Positions 52,109-64,000 of a stretch of DNA of 64,000 nucleotides are shown one piece after another; the first letter of the stretch is position 1, and each line of letters begins with the position of its first letter. Below the pieces are notes generated by a model. It was given only the letters and a program-made list of their open reading frames with translations, was not told the DNA's origin and made no database searches. The stretch is taken from positions 86,304,001 to 86,368,000 of the forward strand of contig OZ024742.1 in assembly GCA_964016885.1 (NCBI GenBank), given 5' to 3'. The stretch is from Eledone cirrhosa (lineage: Eukaryota). The translations under genes and the position numbers were made by a program.

Positions 52109-52522
52109 TATATGTGTGTGTGTGTGCGTATATGTGTGTGTGTATGTATATGTTATATCTATGTATGTGGTTGTGTATATGTGTGTATTGCTTACCAGTG
52201 TGTTTGTCCATTTATTTATGTGTGTCCTTTCCTGTATCGCTGTCAACTTAATAATATTTTTTTATTTCCTAAGTCTCATTTTTTATTTTTTTCATTTGTA
52301 TGTGACGGTCTATTGCATTATGTTTTTTATTTTTATTTTTTCTTATAATTAATTGTGTGTGCGCGTATGTAGGTGTGTATATATATCTATATATGTGTGT
52401 GCGTACGTATGTGTGTATATATGTGTGTATGTATGTGTGTGTGTGTATGTGTGTATATATATATATATAAATATATATATATGTTTATACGTGTTTGTGT
52501 ATTTATGTGTAAGTGCATGTAT

Positions 52523-52568
<46 letters not shown>

Positions 52569-52583
52569 CTGTATATATGTGTG

Positions 52584-52621
<38 letters not shown>

Positions 52622-52679
52622 TATGTGTGCATGTATATGTGCGTGTGTGTGTGTGTGTGTGCGTATGTGTGTTTATCTA

Positions 52680-52960
52680 CTATCATATTTATTATTTTTC
52701 CATTTTTTTTTCCTTTCCTTCTTCCTTTTCCAGTCTCACTTTCATATATATTATATTTTTGTTTTTAAAATCCACCGTCAATAAATACCCCAGGATTTTT
52801 TCATTCTCCTGACTGAAAGCAAATTTTGTTTGCTTTCAAGAAACCATTGGCAAATGAAATAATTATCTTATGTTGTTTATTACATAACTATTAAGCTCTG
52901 TAACCTACATAGAGCACTCTTTTTTCCTGGACATTTCCGACGGAATTACTTCACATATAT
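52680..52960 (+). mobile_element. Diverged partial copy of repeat family H2
   Basis: Aligns with 53660-53925. Motif at 52799-52859 has a different but fully paired stem II. Confidence 0.65.
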
Positions 52961-53383
52961 ATATTTTTATACATTTATCTATTTCCCCCCCGCCAACTTT
53001 CGTTGTGAACACGTCCTTTTAAGCTTTTATTTATATATTTATATTTTTTTATATTTTTATTTTATCTATTTATATCTGTTGCCCTATTACCTCCTAATGT
53101 AACTTGTAGTATCATGCCTTTCGTGTGATTAAGCGTAAGTGTGCGTGGGTGTGTCTGTACTTTTGTATGTCTGGGTGTACGTGTGTATGTATGTATATAC
53201 ATGTTTGTATGTGGATGAGTCGATATATGTATGTGTGTATGTATGGATATATATATATTCACACACATATATGTTTATATGTATATGTGTGTGCAGATAT
53301 GTAGAGGATTATGTATATGTGTCTGTATGTGCGTGTGTATATATATGTATGTATATAGGTATGCATGTATACATAAATATATA

Positions 53384-53417
<34 letters not shown>

Positions 53418-53429
53418 TATATATTTATG

Positions 53430-54058
<629 letters not shown>

Positions 54059-54431
54059 ATGTGCTGTGAGCCGGATGAAAAGTAGATGGATAGAAATTCA
54101 GAGAGAGAAGCCTGTTTGTAATTTATAATAGGCTCTTGATGCGAATGTGATATTTCTCTTTTACATCTTTTTAATATTGGAGAATGATTATAGCAGATAC
54201 ATATAAGAAGCCAAACTTTTCTGATGAGAGTAACGAGAATCGTACATTTTCGAAATTATATTTACCTTAGACAGATGGACGCCATACCACCTTTAGATTA
54301 ACTTGTCTGTCTTTACATAAAATTATAACTTCTATACCAATCCATCTTTTTCGATAATCAATTTTGGGTTTTCTTCTAATAATGTTAGGTATAAATTATA
54401 TGACGTATAGGCGATATTTATTTCTTCTAAA

Positions 54432-54621
54432 TAATTGTTTCTACCTTTGGCACAAGGCCAGCAATTATTTCAGTGTATTACTGGTACTTTATTTTATCGA
54501 CCCCGTAAGGATGAAAGGCAAAGTTAACCTTGGCGGGATTTGAACTCAGATCATAAAGGGCCGTAACTCTTTGCTGCAAAGCATGTCGTCCGCCCCTCTA
54601 CCGATACTGCCAACCCCCGCC
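54432..54621 (-). mobile_element. tRNA-derived SINE (copy 2)
   Basis: Aligns with 1357-1543. Confidence 0.8.
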
Positions 54622-55150
54622 CTTATTTTCTCTAAATAGTGTGCATGTATAACAAGAGCAAACTGCATAAGTTTTCAGTGAATCTAGCTCTGAAAATAAG
54701 AGAAGAGCACATAGCTGACATTCTAATATATAATGATCAACATTCCTGCAAAATATTACTTGTGAATTTTACATTAAAAGACAGCTTTCTTTGTAGGGTT
54801 CCTTCTTGCATCTAGTAATTTCCCCTCCTAGATACAAGGCTTGATACAGTGTGTTTGTGGAGGACAATTAGTTGCCCATGCACGCCACTCTCTACTCCCT
54901 AACATTATCGAAGCAAAATGCAATGCACGATACATCTTGTAAACAGTGATGTCGTAATTCATTTCTACATATGAGTAAAATGGAGCAACGTCAAATAAAG
55001 TCATTTGCTCAAGTACATAATACTCCACCCGGTCCTGAACTCGAACTCACTAATTATAATAATTTGTAAAATATAAGTGTAAAGTGTATATTAATTAGGT
55101 TTATAATATTTGAAACTTCTTCTAATTCTATGATTGCACGATATAATTAA

Positions 55151-55830
55151 TTATTGTCGCTTATTTAATAGGATATTCTTAGATGTCATTATTTCAAAAA
55201 CTTCCTGGGAACGTAATCTACACTCATATCTATTATTTTGATAAGGGGTGGCCCTTTTGAGCACACTCCAGGTCAGGTTATAATCGATATTCTTTTTTCT
55301 ATAATTATTAATTATTTCTGCCAAGGATGTTGTATTAGCTAATGCGGCATTTTTAAAACTATGTTTATGGGTATTAAATCTTACTTTAAATTGGTTAGAA
55401 GTAGCTCCTATATATGAATAAGTTGAGTCATTAGTGCTAATTTTACATTTATATACTATGTTACTTATAAGACAATTTCCTTTTAATGGGCAATTTCCTT
55501 TGTTCCTACAGTTACAACCATTCGTGAATATTATATCAGGGGAGTTAGTGAAAGTTGGTGTGGAATTTACTCGACTTTTTATATGTGAAGGAGATGGTTG
55601 TTTGTTGCGGTTTATTTTAGTATTATGGTTAGTTTGATGTGTTGGTGGTATATTCATGATTTTCTTTTACATTTATATGCATTGTAAGCACTGATATTTT
55701 GTTCTATATTTTTGGTAGTGGAGTATGAACATTTGAACGTTGATCTATTTAAAATTTGATGGTATTTATAGTTTGGCGGGAAGTTTTTCTCTAGGATAGT
55801 AACACATTTTTTAGGGATATTATCTTTAAT
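55151..55830 (-). mobile_element. Naiad-type PLE 3' fragment (third family)
   Basis: FP..YKY..ILNRST.KCSYSTT.N, then CNCRNKGNCPLKGNCL..NIVYKC..YSYIGATSN.FK.R...HK.SF..LLNKR. Confidence 0.8.
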
Positions 55831-56081
55831 TTGTAGATAGCCAGTTTTGCCGGTTGAGCACTCTATGCCCCTTCGGAGCAGAGTATGATAAAACGGAAAA
55901 CGAAAATCAGTGATGCATCGGAACACAATTTATTACGTTTTACAATTGTTTCTCCGGCGAACAGCTTCAGGTGCGATCTGTTTATGGATCAAACCTCAAT
56001 TTGGAAGTTCCTCTGATACGTCTAGTGGTTTCGAAGCAAATTATCTTTCTGCTGGACTTCTACCCTTAATACACACATATG

Positions 56082-56114
<33 letters not shown>

Positions 56115-56249
56115 TTGTTTGTTTGTTTGTTTGTGTGTGTGTGTTTGTATAACAGAGTTCTCTAGCTTGCTTGAATGATTATTTAATAGGAGACACAGAT
56201 TAAATTTTGAAGACCAATAAAATGCGTATGGAGAATGTTAAATTGCCAA

Positions 56250-57410
56250 GATAACAAAATAATCTTATATTTAGCAAACTTAATGATTCAAATATTTTCG
56301 AGTTTAATGTTCTCCACCCACTACAAAACCTAAAACACAGAGACTGGACTAAGAGAAACAACAGTTACTTTTTCAAGATTCCACATTTCAACGATGAAAC
56401 CACCAACACCATGAGCAAAGCCATCAGAAGAGCGGGCTTCAATATCAAACTACGTCCCTCTGGACCTTCCCTGCACGGATGCCTCTCTACAGGAAAACCC
56501 CACCAATGGGAATAACGGATGCACCCTGCCTATCCCTAACACTAATTGTTGCCTACGTACCTACGCAGTATACATATTAGAATGTAATAAGTGCAATCTC
56601 TTTTACTTAGGCAGCATTATTCGACTGTTACATTATTCGACAGTTAACACCAACCCCTCTTCCTTCCGCAAACACATCATAAAATGTGGATAACATTACC
56701 ACTCCAATCGTAGCTACTGAAGGCAGTATAGGCACGCTATAGGCACGCTAAGAATTAAGGAAACCCTCTTAATCAAGCAATTCAAATCTAAGATCTATAA
56801 TCGAATGGAAAGAAATGCACCAGAATGCTTTCCAGCCTCATAACGACTAGTTTCATTATTTCTTTCTTTCAAATTAAACCTACGTCCTCACTAGGTAAAC
56901 ACACTTAGGCTTACATACACACATACATATATCGCACACATTTTTCCCGTTTTATTATATACTTATTCGCACACATCTTTCACTACATAAGCTTATACTC
57001 ATGCACACGCATACAAACCATCACGCACACACAAGCATACATCATACATGTATCATAACATACATCTGTGTTCCATATATATATATATACAATAAAGTAC
57101 GTCGATATAATCATTTGATAAAATATATACACCATCTCCTCTCCCAATCAGCATAATCAACCACACAAAAAAACAATTAAACCAGGCTATAAGATTAAAA
57201 GGCCCTTATGAAGAAATAATAGATAAATAAACGACAGCCATCTATTCGCGATCAACAGCTATAGAATATTTACCCAGCATTTCAATACCAAGTGGATATC
57301 GATTAAATATATCGTCAACCATACACAATTAAGAATAAAATCAAAGTTAGAAGAAAACATGTATATAAACATACCAAGATTACGTTTCTACCCCATGGGG
57401 TTTCATTCGC

Positions 57411-57495
<85 letters not shown>

Positions 57496-57665
57496 TATGA
57501 TATACAGATATGTCCCAAGGCTCTGATACCATCAACACTATACACACAGAGCTGGCATATCTAAGAACTGACTAACTACCTGATGAGGTCATAGCCATTC
57601 AATGGCTATCATCGAAATATATATAGCAGTAAATAAAGGATTATGAGTTCATGCAATTGACTTAT
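56250..57665 (+). mobile_element. Old PLE 3' relic (GIY-YIG remnant) with a hammerhead-bearing end
   Basis: Decayed frame reads FFKIPHFNDE..AVYILECNKCNLFYLGS..LRIKETLLIKQ; HHR and AATAAA just before (TA)n. Confidence 0.55.
57575..57630 (+). ncRNA. Minimal type I hammerhead candidate
   Basis: ACTAC-CTGATGA-GGTC-ATAGCCAT-TCA-ATGGCTAT-CATC-GAAA-TATATA-TA-GCAGT; one mismatch in stem I. Confidence 0.7.
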
Positions 57666-57671
57666 GTTTCG

Positions 57672-57773
<102 letters not shown>

Positions 57774-58679
57774 TAATTATATAATTATTCAAAATAATCT
57801 GTTGACTTTCCGTTATCAACTAACTGACGCTGAAAAGTACATCAAATAACTCTTTCAAAGTGTGTAGTAATTCACATTACTCAAATAGTCAGTTTACATC
57901 TCAATGGAAAATTAGATAGGCGTACGTCAAATAACATTCACCTTTGAGAAATAAAACACAAGAATTTTCTGTTATATATATGTCAACTTTTGAAGTTCTT
58001 TGAACAAGTGCATTACGATTCTCTCTTCGCTGTTGATGTGCTGATATCTTTAGTTTCTAAAAACATCATACCTGCCAAATTGTTAAGATACTATTCTAGT
58101 GGAACATATTTATGTTAAGTATTTCGGGTTGTTTTGTTAAGTTATTTACAAAAATATATACCTCCTCTTAATGTATATAAATATATTTGATAAGGTGTGA
58201 AATACGTATAGAGCGTTGACCTAATCATATTAAATGATATAGCGGTAGTAACAAGCAACTCACATCTAAATAGTCTAAAATAACATTAAACATATATAAA
58301 AATTATTCTGCCAATATTGTTTTCAAGATAAATGATCTTGAGAGGTAGAAGTATAAAGATAGCTGAATATTATCAGATATCAAACACGTGTGGCCCAATT
58401 CAATCTATATTCTAAAATGACAATATCACCTGGCAATTAATAAATTATATGAAGAAACCGGTTTGAATATAGAAGGATCAATATCTATTTTGTAACTAAC
58501 ACATGTTTCATTAATATGTTGGTGATTACATCTAGAATGGTTACTCCGATGTGTGTTTCACGACCATTCGATTTCCAATATGCAGTAACTACAGTTTTAC
58601 ATATCGGGCTTGCAAAAGTTGAACGATGTTTTTATTCATACAGGAAATGTTTACACACACACACATACATATATGTTTG

Positions 58680-58766
<87 letters not shown>

Positions 58767-58993
58767 GCATATTCATACATTTACATACACAATCATACTC
58801 AGATATATGTACTTAGAAAGAGAAGTCGTGTCGCTAAGAAGGTATGTATGTTATATAAAGTTATGGAAGTATCGATATATTGGCAACTATATTGAGAGAC
58901 AAATTTATGTACGATTTTCTAAGCAGTACAAACAATAATGACTGTATTATTTGTATTGATACTAATGTCCTCTCGATCGTTCCTTCTTAATTT

Positions 58994-59039
<46 letters not shown>

Positions 59040-59041
<2 letters not shown>

Positions 59042-59453
59042 GTAGGATGGGCGGCTAAAAATCGCAGGCCCAAACCACTCATATAAGGGTGCTGTAACAA
59101 ACAGAGAAAGAGAGAAGACTGTTATTAGGAGCAATATATCAAAATAAATTAACGGAGTCATAAATTCGCGTTAGTACCTGTAATTGATGAGCTCAAACAC
59201 CCATTCTCTCTTGTGTGTTATCCTTTTTACATATTAGTCCCTCTAATTTATGAGGTCAAAGGAAAAAGAATCCTGGATACTTCAAATATAATATGTAGAA
59301 AGGATAACACACAAGAGTGGGTGTTTCAGCTTATGAATTACAGGGACTAAGTAGAGTTTATGACTCCGTTAATTTCTTCTCTCTCTCTCTATTTGGTACA
59401 GCACCCTTATTTGAGTGGTTTGGAGCTGCAATATCTAGCCGCTCATCCCACCC
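59040..59453. repeat. Imperfect inverted repeat (arms of about 160-195 bp)
   Basis: 59040-59235 is the reverse complement of 59290-59453, with indels. Confidence 0.85.
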
Positions 59454-59559
59454 AGGCCACTAGTGTACTGTCACAAGCACACATTTCCTTCTCTCTACCA
59501 CGTGTTTCAAGGCAGTTATCTTAAATTCCCTTACGGTTGTCTGGAATGTATTCACGTAC

Positions 59560-59638
59560 CACACGCTGATGAACGTGGGTGTTTCATACCATACACTAAT
59601 CTTTTAGCGAAACAAATCTCTTTGGGTTTGTACATGTG
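59560..59638 (+). ncRNA. Type I hammerhead candidate with a branched stem II region
   Basis: CACACG-CTGATGA-(two hairpins)-GAAA-CAAATC-loop-GGTTTG-TA-CATGTG. Confidence 0.6.
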
Positions 59639-59802
59639 TGATATATAGTTATAAAGAAGGGTAAATTCATTCTGATATATATTTTTAAGTATTTTGCGTC
59701 TACATCACCTTTCCTAGTTTATAGATTCGATACACTGGTGGATTTCCTTGAACAGTGATAAACACACTATCTCTCGTGTTTTATGCTTTCTACATATTAA
59801 TC

Positions 59803-59916
<114 letters not shown>

Positions 59917-60112
59917 AATGTGGAGAGGAAGCACACGAGTTAGGATATATATATATATGTATATATATGAAAATAGGGAGAAAGAGACGATTATGAGGAA
60001 GACAAATATATTTTTTTTCCTTTTTTTGTGTCATTCTCTCTCTTTTTTCTGGGTTAGAACATGATTAAAACGAAATGTTTTACTTTGTGTGAAGTGTTAA
60101 GGTATTAGTTGA

Positions 60113-60628
60113 TTTATTTATTAATTAACAATGGCATTTATTTATGTATTTATATATTTAATAATAATCTATTACCGGTTTCAGCATTTGTATGCATTAT
60201 CAAATGATAGTGAAATGTATTGGCGTATAATGGTGATGTTGCATATTTTAAAGAAATGGTGCCGAAAGAATAATGTTATTTACAAACATGGTTTATGAAG
60301 TGAAAAGAAAAAAGGAAAACGAAAAAAGATGTGTAATATAGAGCATAAAAAGTCAATGTGAAAGACAATATAATGTACTTACAGGCATAGTTCTTGAATT
60401 TAAGCAGATGAAAATGTGTTAATATAGCAAGGGTCCTTAGTTGATCCATGATTCCATGATGGAGGCAAATGGTGGACTGGAGTTTGATATGATTTCCCTT
60501 TTTAGAGAGTTAATATGCAGGGGGAGGCAATTCATGCTGGATAATATTTCATTTATTTGGAAAAAGGATTAGCAAGGGTGTGAGGGAGGTAACTCTTGTA
60601 AATATTTGATTGTTTGTTCCAGTTTTAG
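60113..60628 (-). mobile_element. Solo 3' UTR/pLTR of the Neptune-type family, with a U3-A8 hammerhead at 60169-60210
   Basis: Aligns with 28500-29012. Confidence 0.8.
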
Positions 60629-61620
60629 CAACTGCAAAAAGGAAAGAATGAAAGACAGAAAGGAAGAGGAAAGGGACATGATGCATGACCGTTGTTTTCA
60701 AATATTAAGTCATATATAATGTTTAAACATTATATAAAATGCATATACTGATGGTTATATGCGAATATGTTGTGGTAAATATCCTTATACATATTGAATA
60801 TGTTATGATGCTTAATGATTTTGAATTTTGTAACAAAATATTGTAATTTTTATTAATTGAACTATGCTTCTGATTATTATAGAAAATGTGTTTATATTGT
60901 TTAAATTTGATATAATATATTAGTATAATTAGCTCAAACATAACAAAATACAAAAGATATTACAAATTTCACAGAATTTAATTGGTCACTTCTATTTGAC
61001 TTAATATTTCAAAACAGCGGTCACGCATCATGTCCCTTTCTTCTTTCTTTCTTAAAAAATCCTGTATGTACATAACATAAAATAATGAAATAATATACAA
61101 TAATAAAATAAAATACAACAAAATAAAATGCTGGAAAAAGAGAATGCATACATGACAAGGATGCAGAGTCGGACCGGGCATTATCGAGGTGTGCTTAAAG
61201 TTTCATACAATAGTTGGGGGCTGTGGTGCAAATGTTTATATGATATACATGGGGGCTGGTGGGCTTAGGCACTGGGTTGGAGCATGGGCATGATGCAGGT
61301 CTCGTAGCTTGTGGATATATGTGGGCCGTGCGTGCACAAACAAGTTATATATTATTTGGTTATGTGTAACATCCATTTCATAAAAGTATATATGAGATGT
61401 GCATGGGTTTTAGGTATACATGGAATATAAAGGGTATGTGCTTCATAACAATATATATGGAACACACGTGGAGTGCATGTATGATGAAATGTGCCAGCGA
61501 CATGCGTTGTGTGTGTGTGTATACCAGCGGCATGGTGCGACAAAATTAAGACTTGAAATCAAAATCAAAATTAAAATTAAAATTAATATGTATATATTAA
61601 TTTTAATTTTAATATATATA

Positions 61621-61808
61621 TAATTGTTTCTACTTTTGCCACAAGGCCAGCAATTACACAGTGCATTACTGGTACTTTATTTTATCGACCCCGTAAGGAT
61701 GAAAGGCAAAGTTAACCTCGGCCGGATTTGAATTCAGAATCGCAATGGCCGTATCTCTATGCGTCAAAGCATGGCGTCCGATCTCTACCGATACTGCCAA
61801 TTCACCTC
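61621..61808 (-). mobile_element. tRNA-derived SINE (copy 3)
   Basis: Aligns with 1357-1543. Confidence 0.8.
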
Positions 61809-61831
61809 CCTCATATATATATATATATATT

Positions 61832-62530
61832 CACTAATTCACAATGGAATCCAACGGCACCCTAAAACTCAGTACCCAGGACCTTAGACACCCTAAAGTA
61901 AATCAACCGAAACTAAAAGCTCTTCCATACATCTCCACACACTACCCCCTCAACAACGAGGCCTTTGACACCATCCTCCAGAACATCCCTGTGTTGAAAA
62001 AGGACCATAGAATGAACCAAATCCTACGAACACACGATATCATAAAGAGCAAAAGACAATCTAAGTCAATGAAAAACATCCTAACACATTCCAAAGTACT
62101 GCCAACCACATCAACGAAACCCACAGTAAAAAAATGCGATAGACCCAACTCTGGCATTTGCATCAACCTAATAGTGGGTTCGGAATTCTATTTCAAAGAA
62201 GGACAACGTTTTATAGTAAAACACAATTTCACATGCGCATCAGAAAATCTAATATAAGTATTAACTTGCTCAGGTTGTCGAGAACAATACATAGGCCAGA
62301 GTAAAAACAGCCTCCGCTAACGCATGACTGTGCATAGATCCCAAATTAAAATACGGGAATACAGGAAAATACCACTGAGTGAACACATTGATACCTGTGC
62401 CGCTCAAAATCATCCCAACTTCAGAATCTTTCCCCTCTACAAATTTAAAGATAATGCCACCCACACCCAGCGTATCAGCAAGGAATCTTACTTTATTAAC
62501 AAATACGGACCCCGTCTAAACACTTCTCCC
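61832..62530 (+). mobile_element. Neptune-type PLE fragment (linker + GIY-YIG)
   Basis: KCDRPNSGIC..FTCASENLI*VLTCSGCREQYIGQ..RMTVHRSQI; homologous to 29010-29730. Confidence 0.85.
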
Positions 62531-62671
62531 TGCGACGAATCCACAACATACACACGTCAACATACATACCTACATCAGCATACATCTCTACACACATATA
62601 AACACAATGACATACGTAAACACACATGTTCTATGGTGCAACACAAATATACACAAATTTGCATAACTTTT

Positions 62672-62935
62672 GATGTCTATAGATATAAACGTGCCGATAT
62701 ATGTCTATAGATATAAACGTGCCGATGTCTATAGATATGAACGCACACATGCATTGCACACTGATGGGCACATACATATTTGTGCACAGGTATTCCTGTA
62801 CGGCCAGGTCTAATGAATTCCCCTTGCAGTACGTACAATCTGGACACACTCCAGATACATATTTGTGCACAGGTATTCCAATACGGCAAGGCCTAATGGA
62901 CCCCCCTTGCAGTACGTACAATCTGGACACACTCA
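62672..62935. repeat. Short tandem repeats (about 24-28 bp x3; about 84 bp x2)
   Basis: ATGTCTATAGATATAAACGTGCCG repeated; ATACATATTTGTGCACAGGTATTCC..CTGGACACACTC duplicated. Confidence 0.8.
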
Positions 62936-63162
62936 CACACACCTTGGTATTATGCCAATACTATATATCATTTCACACATTTTATTATTAAGTTTTTTGA
63001 TGTTCTACTGAGAGAATCGTTTTTACTGAAAAATATCGAATAATGTACACCATTTTAACAGAAATAAATACTGATCCACCCACACACACACACATTATCT
63101 CACACACACACACAGACACATATATACACACACACATACAGACGCGTACATTAACATACAAA

Positions 63163-63211
<49 letters not shown>

Positions 63212-63238
63212 GCGCGCGCACGCGCGCACACGCGCGCG

Positions 63239-63324
<86 letters not shown>

Positions 63325-63327
<3 letters not shown>

Positions 63328-63512
63328 CTCCGTATGAGACAAGAGCTGAAAAAATATCTTTTAACATGTTAAAATATCCCCCACACACTTACAGACACAC
63401 TAACATACAAAGAGACACACACATACACACACACACACTTCTCCGTATAAGACAAGAGCTGAAAAATTATCTTTTAACATGTTAAAATATCCCCCACACA
63501 CTTAGAGACACA
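63325..63512. repeat. About 113-bp tandem duplication among (CA)n tracts
   Basis: CTTCTCCGTAT.AGACAAGAGCTGAAAAA..TATCCCCCACACACTTA occurs twice. Confidence 0.8.
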
Positions 63513-63563
63513 TTCCTTCTGACCATCCCTCTACTACGAATTACTCTGCTAAACACACACACA

Positions 63564-63613
<50 letters not shown>

Positions 63614-64000
63614 TCTTAATAGGCATTTGAACTGTCAACAGGCTGCGGTTCGCGCGCACACATCCCTGCTGACCATTATCACAACAACGAACCTCTTTAC
63701 TACTACTACTACACACACACACACATACTTGTTGTGAAAGACTTATTTCTCAGTCAGCCGACACAAACCTACATTTGGTGCAAAATCAATTTTTTACATT
63801 CACATGACCTCTACCGACAAATCAAAATTGTTTTGACCACAAGAATTTTTGCAACACGAATTGGCGCAAAACTTATTTTAATACCGCTGGAGCCACTTTT
63901 TTAACATAAAAACAGGTAGAATTCCCAAAACTAATCAGATCAGAGCAAACATCACGGACGCTCTATCTCAAAATTATTTTTGAAAAGCATTAGAAATGCG

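Noticed and set aside
54215-54270. Hammerhead-like CTGATGA..CGAAA
   Set aside because: Stem II is plausible but stems I and III do not pair; at most a relic.

Overview
AT-rich eukaryotic (metazoan) DNA with no recognisable host gene exon. The SINE family and the (TA)n/(CA)n/(ATT)n microsatellite load suggest a cephalopod such as Octopus (inference). Nearly all informative sequence is retroelement-derived. (1) 4.4-22.4 kb is a train of eight LINE pieces joined almost entirely by (ATT)n tracts: a CR1/L2 tail, two near-full-length L1/Tx1-like elements, a Tx1 3' fragment and four R4/Dong pieces on the opposite strand. In both Tx1-like elements ORF2 is bracketed by a GTAAGT donor at the end of ORF1 and a pyrimidine-rich tract plus AG acceptor in the 3' UTR, so the whole of ORF2 may be a spliceable intron. 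(2) 22.4-62.5 kb is a (TA)n-rich zone of Penelope-like elements (PLEs). It holds one intact Naiad-type element (RT + GIY-YIG, direct and inverted pseudo-LTRs), Neptune/Naiad/other PLE relics, CR1-like LINEs and several non-coding repeats with terminal redundancy or fold-back ends. At least eight unrelated families carry hammerhead-ribozyme (HHR) motifs, many with atypical cores (U.U at 10.1-11.1, U3-A8, unpaired linkers around stem II) supported by covariation between copies. All RNA structures were folded by eye and are untested. Most short ORFs in the track are microsatellite or antisense artefacts.
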